Notes under the pieces: generated by a model
Seen by the model: the letters and a program-made list of their open reading frames with translations, nothing else
Database searches by the model: none
What the model was told of the DNA's origin: nothing
Part shown: positions 62,706-64,000 of the stretch, one piece after another
Numbering within the stretch: the stretch's first letter is position 1
Layout: each line of letters starts with the position of its first letter
Made by a program: the position numbers and the translations under genes
NCBI GenBank assembly: GCA_963674735.2
Contig: CAXXQS010000001.1
Coordinates: forward strand, 704,001 to 768,000
Origin: Myxococcota bacterium
Lineage (GTDB): Bacteria > Myxococcota_A > SURF-8
Length of the DNA: 64,000 bases
Direction: 5' to 3'

Positions 62706-63740
62706 ATGGCGCGAATAACCCTAAACATTCTTATCTTGTGCATACTGGTTCTCGGAGCTTGTTCTTCGGGTGCTGGTGATGACGAACAAGATTGCGAAAT
62801 ATTTGCGCCTCAGCTTGATGAATCAATGTTGAGTCCTTGTTTTTATTGTTATTGGGGTGTCGCGGATATGCATGCCTGGGTTTCCAGAGGCGATGTGGAT
62901 GCCAAATGCCAGACGTCCGTCGATTGCGCCCGACATCTCCCGTTTTTGCAAAACTGTCTGGATCGGGAATGTCTGACCGACGATGTCGTTGTCTGCATGC
63001 AGGCGCGAAGCCCTTGGTTCGGCGGTTGCCGCCCGGTCGTGTACGAGGATGGCACGCTGGGCTGGACGGGCGATTGTCCGATGAATGGAGGCCGCATGCT
63101 GTGCGTAAACAATGACGATGCGCCCGACAACTGTTCGATGACCCAATTTTGTGGAGGCTGCTATTTCAGCAGTGCGACAATGGAAATGCAAAGTCAGCAT
63201 ACGGAATATGGAAGGCCTTCTCTGCTGCATCATCAAGCTCTAGACGCGAACTATTTCCGGTCGATTCAATACTTTCCCGCCGGGAATATAAGCAAGCTTT
63301 GGCCCTATGGCGGTGCTTACGCCTTTCCGGTAGGCGTGAACGAGCCGATCTGCGCGGATCTGGACTGTCGCATCTGCACGCCGGTGGATCCCTGCCCCGA
63401 TGGCCAGACTTGCGCGGCGCGCCATCGCGGCGCGGCCTCGGCCATGGCCTACGACGAAGAAAACTACCTCATCGGCTACTGCGTGAAGGATGCCAACGTC
63501 GGTTGCCTCAACCTCGAAGACTGCCCGGGCGATCCTTTCTGCAAGGGTCAGTATTGCGGCATCTCCTGGCGCGAAGGCGACGACGGACGCGAGGCCTATT
63601 CGACCTGTAAAACGCACGGCTACGATGCCAACTACTACACCTGCCAGCTCCTCGACCTCTACCCCGACTTGGTGAACGAGCACGTGGTCGTCTGCGACGG
63701 CTCCCCCGCCGCCAACGCCAAACCGGAATGCGCGGAGTGA
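62706..63740 (+). CDS. Cys-rich hypothetical lipoprotein
   Basis: Lipobox LGAC; 28 further Cys; RBS gagg. Confidence 0.75.
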   Translation: MARITLNILILCILVLGACSSGAGDDEQDCEIFAPQLDESMLSPCFYCYWGVADMHAWVSRGDVDAKCQTSVDCARHLPFLQNCLDRECLTDDVVVCMQARSPWFGGCRPVVYEDGTLGWTGDCPMNGGRMLCVNNDDAPDNCSMTQFCGGCYFSSATMEMQSQHTEYGRPSLLHHQALDANYFRSIQYFPAGNISKLWPYGGAYAFPVGVNEPICADLDCRICTPVDPCPDGQTCAARHRGAASAMAYDEENYLIGYCVKDANVGCLNLEDCPGDPFCKGQYCGISWREGDDGREAYSTCKTHGYDANYYTCQLLDLYPDLVNEHVVVCDGSPAANAKPECAE

Positions 63741-63798
63741 GGGGGAAGGGCATCATCCATTCCGGTGATTCGTTCGGATATTCCCGTGCCGAAACAGT

Positions 63799-63827
63799 TT
63801 GACACTCGATCCGTGCCGGGCTAGATT
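63799..63827 (+). promoter_or_regulatory. Sigma70-type promoter
   Basis: TTGACA-17 nt-TAGATT. Confidence 0.55.
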
Positions 63828-63857
63828 CGTGATTCGACACAGCCAAAAAGGAAACGG

Positions 63858-64000
63858 ATGAAACTCGCTGATTTAAAAGAGCGGTACCGGCGCGTCATGG
63901 CGTATGAAACGGACATGGCTTTCATGTGGATCGTCTTGTTGACTATCCGAAACGCCAACGACGGTGATTGGGGCTGGAATGGAGATTGGGGAAGGCTGGC
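63858..64000 (+). CDS. Hypothetical protein (3' truncated by window edge)
   Basis: aagg RBS, ATG at 63858, frame open to the end of the window. Confidence 0.5.
   Translation, partial: MKLADLKERYRRVMAYETDMAFMWIVLLTIRNANDGDWGWNGDWGRL

Noticed and set aside
62706-63740. Multiheme cytochrome or DGR target interpretation
   Set aside because: No CxxCH motifs; no reverse transcriptase or template repeat seen in the window

Overview
64 kb of chromosomal DNA, most likely from an anaerobic or facultatively anaerobic deltaproteobacterial/Myxococcota-like bacterium. This is inferred from the flxCBA electron-bifurcation genes, mglB-mglA, a stand-alone mreB, a PilZ protein and Cys-rich lipoproteins. Housekeeping genes present: rng/rne, ligA, rph, rdgB, ispG, rlmI, queG, ltaE, serC, fbp, cdd, hpt. 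Also present: a two-component pair with cheW-MCP, a block of GT-C/GT2 glycosylation genes, and four radical SAM genes. I found no tRNA, rRNA, CRISPR array or mobile element by eye. Most notable observations: (1) a small membrane protein gene missing from the ORF track (38023..37814, minus strand) with an in-frame UGA followed by a SECIS-like hairpin and a U-x4-C motif, a candidate new selenoprotein; (2) an operon linking a TMTC-type O-mannosyltransferase to two paralogous radical SAM enzymes that share an unknown C-terminal domain; (3) a large radical SAM/TPR protein with a non-canonical C-x25-CxxC motif; (4) a YihQ-like GH31 lipoprotein whose sulfonate-binding residues appear substituted. All calls come from reading motifs by eye; no database searches were run.
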